64,000 bases of DNA, from sequence record ON528725; one strand, given 5' to 3'. The notes below the pieces were generated by a model. That model saw only the letters and a list, made by a program, of their open reading frames with translations. It was not told where the DNA came from and searched no databases. Below, piece after piece: positions 8,034 through 16,321 of this stretch; positions within the stretch are counted from its first letter, which is position 1; every line of letters starts with the position of its first letter. The stretch is from Shigella phage ESh15. Both the position numbers and the translations under genes were made by a program.

Positions 8034-8447
8034 TTAGTAAATTGATTTACCATAGTATTTGTACCAAGTCGGACGTTGAGCAATTTTTTCATCTAAGCGT
8101 GCTTGACTTATCGCAATGGACGCTTCGGACGGGACATAATTATTACGAAATTCGGCAGGGATGTCGGAAATATCCTGGACAGTCGTGTCCTTGATTTTGA
8201 AACCACGTTTCAAACATTCAGCGATTAGCTCGATTTGGCGTAAACGTAAAAATTCGAGTTTGTCGTAAAAGAATGTTACGTGACCCTTGCCTAAGATAAA
8301 TGTTGGAGAGATTTTAAAATCCTTTACACGTTTACCGTTTTGAACATGTTTACGGACTGCACCAAATACGCGTGGTAATTCACGATACTCAGCCATAAGA
8401 TGTTGGTCGGTCAGTTCAGAAACAAGTGTTAAATTGATACGAGTCAT
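8034..8447 (-). CDS. denV: endonuclease V (pyrimidine-dimer DNA glycosylase)
   Basis: 138 aa from ATG at 8445-8447 (GGAGGA SD); [12 protein letters not shown]...AEYRELPR...WYKYYGK match T4 DenV as recalled. Confidence 0.9.
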   Translation of the reverse strand: MTRINLTLVSELTDQHLMAEYRELPRVFGAVRKHVQNGKRVKDFKISPTFILGKGHVTFFYDKLEFLRLRQIELIAECLKRGFKIKDTTVQDISDIPAEFRNNYVPSEASIAISQARLDEKIAQRPTWYKYYGKSIY

Positions 8448-8472
8448 AATTTCCTCCAAGTAGTTGATGAAT

Positions 8473-8504
8473 GTATAGTATCAAAACCCTTGGAGGAAGT
8501 AAAC
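8473..8504 (-). promoter_or_regulatory. early promoter cassette upstream of denV
   Basis: gtaaac 8499-8504; -10 TACTAT; 10-bp inverted repeat ttcctccaag/cttggaggaa pairs the denV SD with the promoter spacer. Confidence 0.6.
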
Positions 8505-8505
8505 A

Positions 8506-8787
8506 CTATTTTTCTGAAGCGCCTGAAATATATTTTTCAAGACGTTGTTTCATCAGCGAGCCGTTCTTAGCGATTTCTTCCGGTTTATCGCACATACGCA
8601 ACAACGCTTCAAGCTTAACGATATCACTGGTGCGCTCAAATTTGCGAGTATCTATCTTACTGGCAAGTTCAGAAATACGTGCTAATAGACTTTCAGCTTC
8701 GACCAAAGCTGCACCTAGCTTAGTTGCAAATGTGTCAGTAGCTTCGTTAAGAATAGATTCTGATAAAAATTCACTATATGTTTTCAT
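8506..8787 (-). CDS. internal-protein (IP) candidate with capsid-targeting sequence
   Basis: 93 aa from ATG 8785-8787 (ATGA overlap with e stop); N-terminus [10 protein letters not shown]; sits between e and denV where T4 has ipIII/ipII. Confidence 0.65.
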   Translation of the reverse strand: MKTYSEFLSESILNEATDTFATKLGAALVEAESLLARISELASKIDTRKFERTSDIVKLEALLRMCDKPEEIAKNGSLMKQRLEKYISGASEK

Positions 8788-9272
8788 ATATACGCTTTCC
8801 AAGTTCCTGTTTTAAATGTTGAGATTACGCGTTTCGCGCGATTAGGTGTCTGACGATACCATTTAGATTGGGCTAGATTTACTGCCGCTTCGTCCCAACG
8901 TTTCTGTTGAAGCATACGAAGAGAATTAGTAAAACCGGCGACGCCTGCTACACCCATTTGGAAGACCATATTGACTAATGCACATCGACGAACTGCGTCT
9001 AAAGAATCATATACCGGTTTAAGTTTAGCATTACCCAAGATTCCGCGAACGGCTTTATCAACATCTTCATTAAATAGCTTTTCAGCCTCATCAAGGGTAA
9101 TTGTACCGTTGCATTTACGACCGATCATTCTGTCAAGTTCAGTTTTAGCTACGGCTAAAGACGGGTTCTTTGTTACCAAATGGCCTATGCCAATAGTCCA
9201 AAAGCCTTCGGTGTCTTTGTATAAAGTCAGTCTAAGACCTTCGTCATTACGAAGCATTTCAAATATATTCAT
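8784..9272 (-). CDS. e: lysozyme e (endolysin)
   Basis: 163 aa from ATG 9270-9272; MNIFEMLR(N/I)DEGLRL...TEG matches T4 lysozyme including catalytic E11 and D20. Confidence 0.95.
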   Translation of the reverse strand: MNIFEMLRNDEGLRLTLYKDTEGFWTIGIGHLVTKNPSLAVAKTELDRMIGRKCNGTITLDEAEKLFNEDVDKAVRGILGNAKLKPVYDSLDAVRRCALVNMVFQMGVAGVAGFTNSLRMLQQKRWDEAAVNLAQSKWYRQTPNRAKRVISTFKTGTWKAYI

Positions 9273-9274
9273 AA

Positions 9275-9298
9275 TACCTCCCACGTTTATAGGAGGTA
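9275..9298 (-). promoter_or_regulatory. SD-sequestering hairpin in the e leader
   Basis: minus-strand uaccucc-10nt-ggaggua places the GGAGG of e in a stem; loop contains TATAAAC; same architecture as the known T4 lysozyme translational control. Confidence 0.5.
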
Positions 9299-9306
9299 TT
9301 TATTAC

Positions 9307-9765
9307 TTATAGGAGGGTAGTGAGCACCTTATATAATGATTTGCCCATCACATATTCCCATTGAGAAGGTTTAATTAAAGCGAATGCATCAAATTCAGGA
9401 ATTTGTCGTCCGTCTGGGAATGTATGATAGGAATTACAAACACTGTTTCTGAATTGCTCGTGCTCTACAGGGATGGTATATAGGAACAGATGAATATTCT
9501 TATTGTCTGAGTAATGATGTTCACCTAGGTCTTTCAGGAAGGCAGGGTCATATTGTGTAAACCCAGTTTCTTCTTCGCATTCACGAATAGCGGCTTCGAT
9601 AGGAGATTCGCCGGGTTCGACACGGCCTTTAGGAATATCCCACCGATGAGCTAAAGAACCTTTAGGACGAGAACCAGTTACACGCCCCATGAATAACTCT
9701 TTATCTTTTGTCATGAAGATAATACCGGCTGATAGTTCTTTCACTTTATTTTTCTTACTCATCAT
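9307..9765 (-). CDS. nudE: Nudix hydrolase NudE
   Basis: 152 aa; Nudix box GRVEPGESPIEAAIRECEEETG; immediately upstream of e as in T4. Confidence 0.8.
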   Translation of the reverse strand: MMSKKNKVKELSAGIIFMTKDKELFMGRVTGSRPKGSLAHRWDIPKGRVEPGESPIEAAIRECEEETGFTQYDPAFLKDLGEHHYSDNKNIHLFLYTIPVEHEQFRNSVCNSYHTFPDGRQIPEFDAFALIKPSQWEYVMGKSLYKVLTTLL

Positions 9766-9991
9766 CTCGGTCCCATGATTTGGCCATTAATTCGGACATA
9801 AATTCTTCAATGCGCGTTTCTTTAGATGGACTTTCACTATTAGAGACCGCAAGTTTGTAATCTGCAATAGGACTGAACAAATCAAGGTCCATATTAAGAT
9901 CGTCTTTGATTTTTTCTTCTGACACATCTTTATCATATGTGTACAGATAACTATCACATGATTCTGATTTAATGTAAATTGCTATACTCAT
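9755..9991 (-). CDS. hypothetical acidic protein (78 aa)
   Basis: ATG 9989-9991 with AGGAA SD, ATGA overlap with upstream stop. Confidence 0.45.
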   Translation of the reverse strand: MSIAIYIKSESCDSYLYTYDKDVSEEKIKDDLNMDLDLFSPIADYKLAVSNSESPSKETRIEEFMSELMAKSWDRDDE

Positions 9992-10479
9992 CTCAAATTC
10001 CTGCATTCGGTAATAAAACGTTCAACTTCATTATTCTTGGCCTTTATCTTGTCTTTACGTTCCTGTAAACTACTTTTAACAAGATTAATAATGATGCCTA
10101 TAGTACCTCCACCAATAATACCACCAATAATACTTACGATAGTAGATGCTAATAAGATAGCGATAATATCTGGTATGGCAAAGGCGCTTACTTTAGTACT
10201 AAAAAACCATACCGATGGTACAAATATAATCCATCCTGTTATCCATTGGCACTTATTGAAAAACTTTTCAAGCTCAGCTTGAGTTGTTCGTATTACTTCA
10301 TCGATAGGTTGATATCCATTAATGTATCTGTTCACAATAATACCTGCTGGCTGGTCGATTTTAAATTCTTGGCAAATACGTTTCACTAAGTAGGATGGAC
10401 ATCCTGTCCAATCCACTGAATAGTACGAAATACCTTCGTTGCCGTCGTCAATATTAGACCAATATGTTTTGTTAATCAT
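9988..10479 (-). CDS. hypothetical membrane protein
   Basis: 163 aa; Gly/Ile-rich transmembrane segment IIAILLASTIVSIIGGIIGGGTIGIIINLV; GGAAGG SD. Confidence 0.5.
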   Translation of the reverse strand: MINKTYWSNIDDGNEGISYYSVDWTGCPSYLVKRICQEFKIDQPAGIIVNRYINGYQPIDEVIRTTQAELEKFFNKCQWITGWIIFVPSVWFFSTKVSAFAIPDIIAILLASTIVSIIGGIIGGGTIGIIINLVKSSLQERKDKIKAKNNEVERFITECRNLR

Positions 10480-11165
10480 TACCAGCCTTCCATAGGGAAT
10501 TCCAGATAAACTTGAGCATTGACACGAATTTCATTAGTAATCTTTTTAACTCGGTCTGTATTACGAGATACACGTCCGAACCAACGCCATCCGTTACTAA
10601 TTGCACGAGAACCAGTGTGCCATGTTTGCCAATCAAACTGAAGAAGAGTACGGTCTGGAGCTTCCCATTTCTCTAGTTCACCTTTTTCAATTTTTTCGAG
10701 GACTTCTTTGTGCCACTGGCGATAGATAAGTTCGCCATCAGGAATCTGACTGAACTCTGCAGTTCCTGTTGCAAAATGAGTAGGACACACGTCAGCGTTA
10801 ACAAGACCAAGAATATGTTCAGAATGGTAACGAGGGTTGTCATAGTCAGGTTGTCCTGCAGTAATAAAGTGTTGACCAACCGGAATATCCGGGCGTGGTA
10901 CATCGTCATGGTGATAACCTGGTATAGCAGGGTACCAACCAGGCATCAGCATATGAACCCGAGAATCAAATACAACCTGGTCGGTGTTCCAATCATCTGG
11001 CAAGTTCATGATGAAGCTGCGAGTAATAGGACCGCCGTTATTATAAGCAAATTCTAAACTACAGTTGAAGAACATAGGCTCGTTCTTGATTTTATCATTA
11101 GAAATACCGCCGGCAAAACCACCTACTGCACGAGCTTGACTATTAAACACTTTAGAACTATTCAT
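10479..11165 (-). CDS. hypothetical protein (228 aa), His/Asp-rich
   Basis: ATG 11163-11165 with GAGGA SD; contains GYHHDD and HSEH clusters, function not assignable. Confidence 0.55.
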   Translation of the reverse strand: MNSSKVFNSQARAVGGFAGGISNDKIKNEPMFFNCSLEFAYNNGGPITRSFIMNLPDDWNTDQVVFDSRVHMLMPGWYPAIPGYHHDDVPRPDIPVGQHFITAGQPDYDNPRYHSEHILGLVNADVCPTHFATGTAEFSQIPDGELIYRQWHKEVLEKIEKGELEKWEAPDRTLLQFDWQTWHTGSRAISNGWRWFGRVSRNTDRVKKITNEIRVNAQVYLEFPMEGW

Positions 11166-11166
11166 A

Positions 11167-11472
11167 TTATTTTCCTCGACATTCTTTAATGAAATTTTCT
11201 AGATTGGTAGATTCAATAGCTTTTTTACGAGCTTCTGCATGTTCTTCTTCAGACAATTTACATTTATAATTAACCCAGACGTTATGGTCAAAACTAGTCG
11301 TGGCATATAATAACAAAGCCCCGACGAATAATAAAAACGGTGATAAGAATACAAAACCAGGAACACCATCCATATCGTAAGCCTTTTGTAATACTGCAAC
11401 AGAAAGAGTTGCGTAAAAAGGTGATGCAAATATTGTTAAAAGACCAATTCGGTTGGTTTCTGTTAATTTCAT
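11167..11472 (-). CDS. hypothetical membrane protein (101 aa)
   Basis: two predicted transmembrane helices; ATG 11470-11472 with GAGGAG SD. Confidence 0.5.
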   Translation of the reverse strand: MKLTETNRIGLLTIFASPFYATLSVAVLQKAYDMDGVPGFVFLSPFLLFVGALLLYATTSFDHNVWVNYKCKLSEEEHAEARKKAIESTNLENFIKECRGK

Positions 11473-11498
11473 AATATTCTCCTCATGTTTTAATAGGA

Positions 11499-11530
11499 CT
11501 ACTATAACATAGTCCTATAATTGTGTAAAC
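11499..11530 (-). promoter_or_regulatory. early promoter cassette
   Basis: gtaaac 11525-11530, -10 TATAGT, 9-bp inverted repeat ataggacta/tagtcctat. Confidence 0.6.
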
Positions 11531-11542
11531 AGTTTTGTGAAG

Positions 11543-12499
11543 TTATTTGAAAGGTTTTACCATATGGAAATTTTGTTTGAAACGTTTTACATAATCGTCA
11601 TGTCCTAAGCTTTGGTACATACTTACAACTTTGCTGTAGTTTTCCCAAGCGTATTCACGGAACCAGCCTGACGTGATTGAAGTACAGACCTTTTCAAGAG
11701 CCATCATAAAACTATCACGTGGATGGATTTTAAAGTCATTAGGAATCTGAGAACGTTCTAATGCTAGTACACATGATTCTTCGTATACACCGGCCAATTT
11801 GACCATTTCTGGTAATGATTCGAACTTCTCGCGTGAGGTCATGACTTCAGAACCATCTTTCATGTAAAACGTATAAGCAGGGCGGTCTGTTAGTGCAATG
11901 GCTTCGTGAATAGTATCATGATCGTATGTGTAGATGTCATCTTTAAAGAATGCGCTTTTAGAAGTGTCAAGAACCGGGTGAGCATAGTTCAATGTTTCTT
12001 TCTGGCGTTTAAGCATAATTTCAGTAAGTTCATCGTTCAGTGTAACACCTTTACCACGAAGATACTGAATATGGTTCATAGTCTTTAAAAAGAATGGATT
12101 ATTTTTCTTGAAACGATGAGACATCTTAATTGCAAGACACATCTCAGGAGTTGCCCAGTAAAACCCGTTCAAACGATCTTTAGTCAAATTTTTCTTGGCG
12201 TATTTTAAAAGGTCATAAGAAGACGTGAAATCTTCAGGAGTGAGTTCACCAACTAATTCACGGACATTAGTGATTGCCGGAACAATATATGCTTCAAAAT
12301 GAGTTTCGCGTCCATTATGGAAGCATTTGAAAACTTGGACATCAGGGTTATCTTGGTGAACATATACACCCATCATTTGATTTTTGAATGCATTCCAAGA
12401 ACCTTGGTCCGCAATAAAGTCCCAATCACTATTTTTGATAGCGCTAGAATCAATAAGGCCGTGATAGTGAAGTGCACGAGAACCAATAACTAACATCAT
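11543..12499 (-). CDS. hypothetical protein (318 aa)
   Basis: ATG ATG at 12494-12499 with GAGGA SD; N-terminal GS...DWD pattern weakly reminiscent of a nucleotidyltransferase. Confidence 0.55.
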   Translation of the reverse strand: MMLVIGSRALHYHGLIDSSAIKNSDWDFIADQGSWNAFKNQMMGVYVHQDNPDVQVFKCFHNGRETHFEAYIVPAITNVRELVGELTPEDFTSSYDLLKYAKKNLTKDRLNGFYWATPEMCLAIKMSHRFKKNNPFFLKTMNHIQYLRGKGVTLNDELTEIMLKRQKETLNYAHPVLDTSKSAFFKDDIYTYDHDTIHEAIALTDRPAYTFYMKDGSEVMTSREKFESLPEMVKLAGVYEESCVLALERSQIPNDFKIHPRDSFMMALEKVCTSITSGWFREYAWENYSKVVSMYQSLGHDDYVKRFKQNFHMVKPFK

Positions 12500-12524
12500 A
12501 ATAATTTCCTCAAATTTAGATTAC

Positions 12525-12764
12525 TTAAATTTCACGACATGCGATATTATATTCATCCCAGAGGTCATCATGTGAAGCCTCTACCAATGGAACGATTGTA
12601 CCATTTATGTCTTCATTATAAGGACAAATTGTACAGTGCGCATCTTCGAATCGGATGCCTTTGTGTTCAGATTTTTTATAACGCATATCGAATATCTTTG
12701 CAAACTTTTCACGAGTAATAGTTTTAGCAACTACTTCGGTTCCGATACTTTCGTAATAAATCAT
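12525..12764 (-). CDS. hypothetical Cys-containing small protein (79 aa)
   Basis: ATG 12762-12764 with GGAG SD; HCTICP motif. Confidence 0.45.
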   Translation of the reverse strand: MIYYESIGTEVVAKTITREKFAKIFDMRYKKSEHKGIRFEDAHCTICPYNEDINGTIVPLVEASHDDLWDEYNIACREI

Positions 12765-12790
12765 TGTGGACTCCATTTAATTTGATAGGA

Positions 12791-12822
12791 CTACTATAAC
12801 ATAGCCCTATCTTGTTGTAAAC
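12791..12822 (-). promoter_or_regulatory. early promoter cassette
   Basis: gtaaac 12817-12822; -10 TATAGT; inverted repeat with one mismatch. Confidence 0.55.
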
Positions 12823-12827
12823 TGTTT

Positions 12828-13025
12828 TTAGCAAGAATAACTAGATGATACCCAGCCTTGAACAGTAATACTATTATTTGATAACGAGATCGCGTCCTGG
12901 AGATTCAGACCTGCGTTATCTTCAATCCATAATGTAACTTCTTCGCGTTCTTCTGTTGCAATTTGGAACAGGTTTTCCAGAGCAGCTACTGCCGTACGTA
13001 CAGCACAATCTAATTCACGAGACAT
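12828..13025 (-). CDS. small protein, member 3 of tandem GWVSSSxxC family (65 aa)
   Basis: C-terminus QGWVSSSYSC; AAGGA SD junction identical in style to the two upstream paralogs. Confidence 0.5.
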   Translation of the reverse strand: MSRELDCAVRTAVAALENLFQIATEEREEVTLWIEDNAGLNLQDAISLSNNSITVQGWVSSSYSC

Positions 13026-13034
13026 ATTGTTTCC

Positions 13035-13307
13035 TTAGCAAGTGTGAGAAGATGCAACCCAACCGCCATCTTCAAGGCTCAGGTTGTAGTCGTATTGGTA
13101 AACGTCAGCCCATTCAGCATAGCCGTTTTTTGTACAACGTTCAAGATCGGCTTTAAGATGTCCTGGTGAATGATAGGTTCCACCCATACCATAAGCTGGA
13201 TACAAGTCAAATGTTGTGTTTTGTTTATTGGCAATTTCTTTGGCTGCCTCAATAGCTGCATAGATTTTTGCTACGGCTTCAGCCAGTTCGGTTTGTTCTT
13301 TAGACAT
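13035..13307 (-). CDS. small protein, member 2 of tandem GWVSSSxxC family (90 aa)
   Basis: C-terminus DGGWVASSHTC; internal YGMGGTYHSPG motif shared with member 1. Confidence 0.5.
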   Translation of the reverse strand: MSKEQTELAEAVAKIYAAIEAAKEIANKQNTTFDLYPAYGMGGTYHSPGHLKADLERCTKNGYAEWADVYQYDYNLSLEDGGWVASSHTC

Positions 13308-13316
13308 AATGATTCC

Positions 13317-13622
13317 TTAGCACAATGCAGAAGACGAAACCCAAGCACCTTCAGTAATAACGTAACCATTACCTTCACGCTTAACGTCGCCACCATTATT
13401 TTCAATTTCATTTTTCATCCACTGGGATACGATTTCACCCTTAGGATAATAAGTACGACCGCTACCATAATCACCTACAGAAAATGATACAGCATATTGG
13501 TCTGCGATCTTTGTTGCTTCTTCTTCGATACGTTCAGCTTGATTCAGAAGTTTATAAATTGCATCTGAAGCGGATTTGGCATCATTAAACTCTGGCACTT
13601 TAATTTCAATAATCTTACTCAT
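13317..13622 (-). CDS. small protein, member 1 of tandem GWVSSSxxC family (101 aa)
   Basis: C-terminus EGAWVSSSALC; internal YGSGRTYYPKG motif; AAGGA SD. Confidence 0.5.
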   Translation of the reverse strand: MSKIIEIKVPEFNDAKSASDAIYKLLNQAERIEEEATKIADQYAVSFSVGDYGSGRTYYPKGEIVSQWMKNEIENNGGDVKREGNGYVITEGAWVSSSALC

Positions 13623-13680
13623 TTTCTACATTCCTTAATAAAGTTTTCGATTGTTTCATTTTCACGTCTAGCTAGGAGTT

Positions 13681-13710
13681 CATTATAACTAATCATTTGA
13701 GAAGCGTAAA
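13681..13710 (-). promoter_or_regulatory. early promoter (-35 GTTTAC, -10 TTATAAT) for the triplet
   Basis: gtaaac 13705-13710; plus attataa 13681-13687; 17-nt spacer. Confidence 0.55.
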
Positions 13711-13720
13711 CAGCATAAAT

Positions 13721-14113
13721 TCAGTTAAGGCTTTTGCATCTTATCTCCTTAACGAATTCCATGGCTTCATTGTATTCATACTTTTTAACAGCTTCATCAT
13801 ACTGAGCTTGGGCTTTTGCGCACTGAACTTTCCATTCTCTTAATCGGGCTCTGTGATGACGGCCTTGGTGCCAATATCCTGCCCAATTAATAGGCATTAA
13901 TAAAAACGGTACAATAAGTGGTGCGACGAACATTAATGAAAATGCTGCATCAGACGATATAACTTCACTAGAATCTAAAACAGCTCCTATAATCATAAAG
14001 ATTAAAAATGCTAAAGCTAAAATAGGACCAAACAACACCTCATTAGGAATTAATTTACGTTTGTATTCGTATGCCCAGGGCTTAATTGGCATGTACAGGG
14101 TTGGCTTTGACAT
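13721..14113 (-). CDS. hypothetical membrane protein (~130 aa)
   Basis: two predicted TM helices; ATG at 14111-14113 (track start at 14143 is a TTG). Confidence 0.45.
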   Translation of the reverse strand: MSKPTLYMPIKPWAYEYKRKLIPNEVLFGPILALAFLIFMIIGAVLDSSEVISSDAAFSLMFVAPLIVPFLLMPINWAGYWHQGRHHRARLREWKVQCAKAQAQYDEAVKKYEYNEAMEFVKEIRCKSLN

Positions 14114-14684
14114 ATTCTCTACATTCCATAATAAATTGCTCAAGGATTAAATTGTTAGTGAAATTAGGACTAACAACCATAGTTTCATAAAGCGCATCAA
14201 TAGCACTTAAAGCATCAACTCTTTTAAGCAAAGGCTTGCCTTCATACATAGTTTCAGAATCTACGATTAGCGTAAAGTAATATTTTTTATTATCGACTAG
14301 AACTTCAGTATCGATATAAAACATGTTAGACCTTAAAAGCTTATCTCTAAAACCATAATAATCTTCAGAGCGTTCGCTGATATATTCCCATTCAGTGTTT
14401 AAACAACAAACAGACCATGTAGGAGCAACGAAATCAGTGAATCTAATATCATGGTCTGCAACTAGTTTAGCAATAGCTCCGATATCATGAATCATAATAC
14501 CTGGGGCTAATAAAGATTTTCTGCTATGGCTAGCCGTTTTCTCAGTAGTCTCATAAGAAGACGACCAGTACCATTTACGTCCGGTTGCAACATATCGTAA
14601 TGAATCAACTAAAGACGTAGGTGGATTTACCTTATCTCGGAACTCTTCGAACATTGAGTCAATATCATTATTTTGGTTTCGCAT
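14082..14684 (-). CDS. hypothetical protein (200 aa)
   Basis: ATG 14682-14684 with AAGGAG SD (track start at 14705 is TTG). Confidence 0.5.
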   Translation of the reverse strand: MRNQNNDIDSMFEEFRDKVNPPTSLVDSLRYVATGRKWYWSSSYETTEKTASHSRKSLLAPGIMIHDIGAIAKLVADHDIRFTDFVAPTWSVCCLNTEWEYISERSEDYYGFRDKLLRSNMFYIDTEVLVDNKKYYFTLIVDSETMYEGKPLLKRVDALSAIDALYETMVVSPNFTNNLILEQFIMECREYVKANPVHAN

Positions 14685-14703
14685 GTTAACTCCTTTATTA
14701 TCC

Positions 14704-14727
14704 AAAAAAGGAGGACCGGAGTCCTCC
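14704..14727 (-). terminator. rho-independent terminator
   Basis: minus-strand hairpin ggaggac-ucc g-guccucc followed by UUUUUU (plus A-run 14704-14709). Confidence 0.6.
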
Positions 14728-14735
14728 GTATTATT

Positions 14736-15329
14736 TTATTTCAAAGAGTTAATATATTCTTGTACATCAGCAGAAGTTGTTTCGACACCAGCTGGAGTGC
14801 CATTGAATGTTTCAACACGAGTCAGAGTGTCTTCGATATCAACCTTAGTCAGTGCAGCAATTTCGATTACATCATCGGCCGTAGAGATACCAAGGGCATT
14901 GGCTGCTCGAGTTTCACGAATGTATTCGAGTTTGATTGCCAGATTCTGACGAGCATCATCAAGTTCAACCACCTTACGAGCAATTTCAATTCGCATAGCG
15001 GCGTACCCGTCAGCTTTTGTATTAAGTTGTTCGGCTGTTCGACGATACAGAAGTCCAAGCTTAGCATGCATGGTAACATCTTGTCCTTCAGCCAGGAGCT
15101 TACGAATTTCACGTTCTTTAGAAGCGGCTTGCTTGTTCTTTTCATTAACAAGTTCGCGAATACGTTTTTCTTCATTAATAGATTTAACAGAAGCCGTTTT
15201 TAGTTCTTTGATTTGGGTAATCAACTTATCTGCGGCTGCGTTATACTGTTCTTCGACAGTCAGATTTTTAGCCATAGCAGTACCCAGTTTAGTGCGGATG
15301 AATTCAACAAGTTTCTTCAGTGTGTTCAT
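14736..15329 (-). CDS. coiled-coil protein of unknown function (~197 aa)
   Basis: ATG at 15327-15329; long heptad-like helical sequence; no catalytic motif. Confidence 0.5.
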   Translation of the reverse strand: MNTLKKLVEFIRTKLGTAMAKNLTVEEQYNAAADKLITQIKELKTASVKSINEEKRIRELVNEKNKQAASKEREIRKLLAEGQDVTMHAKLGLLYRRTAEQLNTKADGYAAMRIEIARKVVELDDARQNLAIKLEYIRETRAANALGISTADDVIEIAALTKVDIEDTLTRVETFNGTPAGVETTSADVQEYINSLK

Positions 15330-15370
15330 ATTATTACCTTTCAATTGGTGGTTTATTATCCAACGAGAGC

Positions 15371-15400
15371 ATTATACTCTGCTCTCAAGAGTTTGTAAAT
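15371..15400 (-). promoter_or_regulatory. early promoter (-35 ATTTAC variant, -10 TATAAT in inverted repeat gagagc/gctctc)
   Basis: plus attata 15371-15376, gtaaat 15395-15400. Confidence 0.5.
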
Positions 15401-15627
15401 TATTTTTTAATCAAATTGACATAAAACTTAGCGTCTTCAGGGTGCATGCCTTCGCAGTATTCTTCAACCATGAACTTCTTAACAGCTTCATAAGGACCAC
15501 TCAGATTAAGCTCAGTTGTCCAAAACTTGGAATCTTGGGCTGAATCGATATGAACTTCAGGGTGTCGGTTGCGAATAACTTCTTCGGTGTATTCATAATC
15601 AACGACATCAATACTAACTTTAGCCAT
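15400..15627 (-). CDS. hypothetical acidic protein (75 aa)
   Basis: ATG 15625-15627 with GAGGAA SD. Confidence 0.45.
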   Translation of the reverse strand: MAKVSIDVVDYEYTEEVIRNRHPEVHIDSAQDSKFWTTELNLSGPYEAVKKFMVEEYCEGMHPEDAKFYVNLIKK

Positions 15628-15652
15628 TTTGTTTTCCTCTTGATTTGATGTG

Positions 15653-15685
15653 ATTACTATAACATAAACTTACTTAGATGTAAAT
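15653..15685 (-). promoter_or_regulatory. early promoter cassette (-35 ATTTAC variant)
   Basis: plus actata 15655-15660, gtaaat 15680-15685. Confidence 0.45.
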
Positions 15686-15838
15686 TATTTCAACGTCACC
15701 TTTAGCTGCTTTATAACCTTCAGCCCAAGATATAACAGAGTTTTTATCTGAGGATTCAAATTCAGGCATTGGACTTTCACCAATATTCACACAGTATGTT
15801 TCTTCATTTTCATCGAACCAAATAATTAAAGTAGTCAT
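15674..15838 (-). CDS. hypothetical small acidic protein (54 aa), below track cutoff
   Basis: ATG 15836-15838 with GGAG SD; leader almost identical to that of the 89-aa gene at 52192-52461. Confidence 0.4.
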   Translation of the reverse strand: MTTLIIWFDENEETYCVNIGESPMPEFESSDKNSVISWAEGYKAAKGDVEIIYI

Positions 15839-15865
15839 TTTGTTTACTCCACTGTAGTTGATAAG

Positions 15866-15900
15866 TCTATAGTATCACCATCCTTGGTGCTTGTACATCA
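15866..15900 (-). promoter_or_regulatory. early promoter cassette (variant -35)
   Basis: -10 TACTAT from plus tatagtatc 15868-15876; leader 15841-15877 matches 52468-52503 with one mismatch. Confidence 0.4.
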
Positions 15901-15906
15901 TTATTT

Positions 15907-16212
15907 TTAATTTTTCCAACTTAACAACTTGTAGTGTCCTTCATTCATACGTGGTTTATCCCAAGAAATACTAATATATGATTCGCTGTCAATAGAAGTC
16001 GCCGGGTTTTTCTCTACCGTAAGACCTTCACTTTCTAACCATTCAATAGTGTTTGCGCATAAATCTGAAGAACACCTCATCGGAAACTGGCAAGATTTTT
16101 CACCTTTAGCTGCAGTGTTATACATCTTTTCTAAAATACGCTTTTGCACGTTTTTAAAAATAGTTTCAGCAGATTCTTCAGATTTTTTATTCAGTTCAGT
16201 GTAAAGACTCAT
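15907..16212 (-). CDS. hypothetical protein (101 aa)
   Basis: ATG 16210-16212 with GAGGAG SD. Confidence 0.45.
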   Translation of the reverse strand: MSLYTELNKKSEESAETIFKNVQKRILEKMYNTAAKGEKSCQFPMRCSSDLCANTIEWLESEGLTVEKNPATSIDSESYISISWDKPRMNEGHYKLLSWKN

Positions 16213-16242
16213 AATATTCTCCTCATGTTTTGATAGGTCTAT

Positions 16243-16269
16243 AATAACACATCTATGGAAGAAGTAAAC
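16243..16269 (-). promoter_or_regulatory. early promoter cassette
   Basis: gtaaac 16264-16269; -10 from plus tctataataaca. Confidence 0.5.
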
Positions 16270-16292
16270 AACTTTTTCAGTAAGTTATAGAC

Positions 16293-16316
16293 CCCCTAAA
16301 GGGGACCGAAGTCCCC
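16293..16316 (-). terminator. GC-rich hairpin after the 16322-16942 gene (weak terminator or stabiliser)
   Basis: ggggac-cgaa-gucccc hairpin immediately after the stop; only a short U tract. Confidence 0.35.
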
Positions 16317-16321
16317 ATTCT

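Noticed and set aside
10479-11165. 2OG-Fe(II) oxygenase assignment from the His/Asp clusters
   Set aside because: The HxD...H spacing cannot be verified without a profile search, so the protein is left as hypothetical.
14736-15329. PspA/IM30-like identity for the coiled-coil protein
   Set aside because: The resemblance is only general coiled-coil character; no specific PspA motifs could be aligned by eye.
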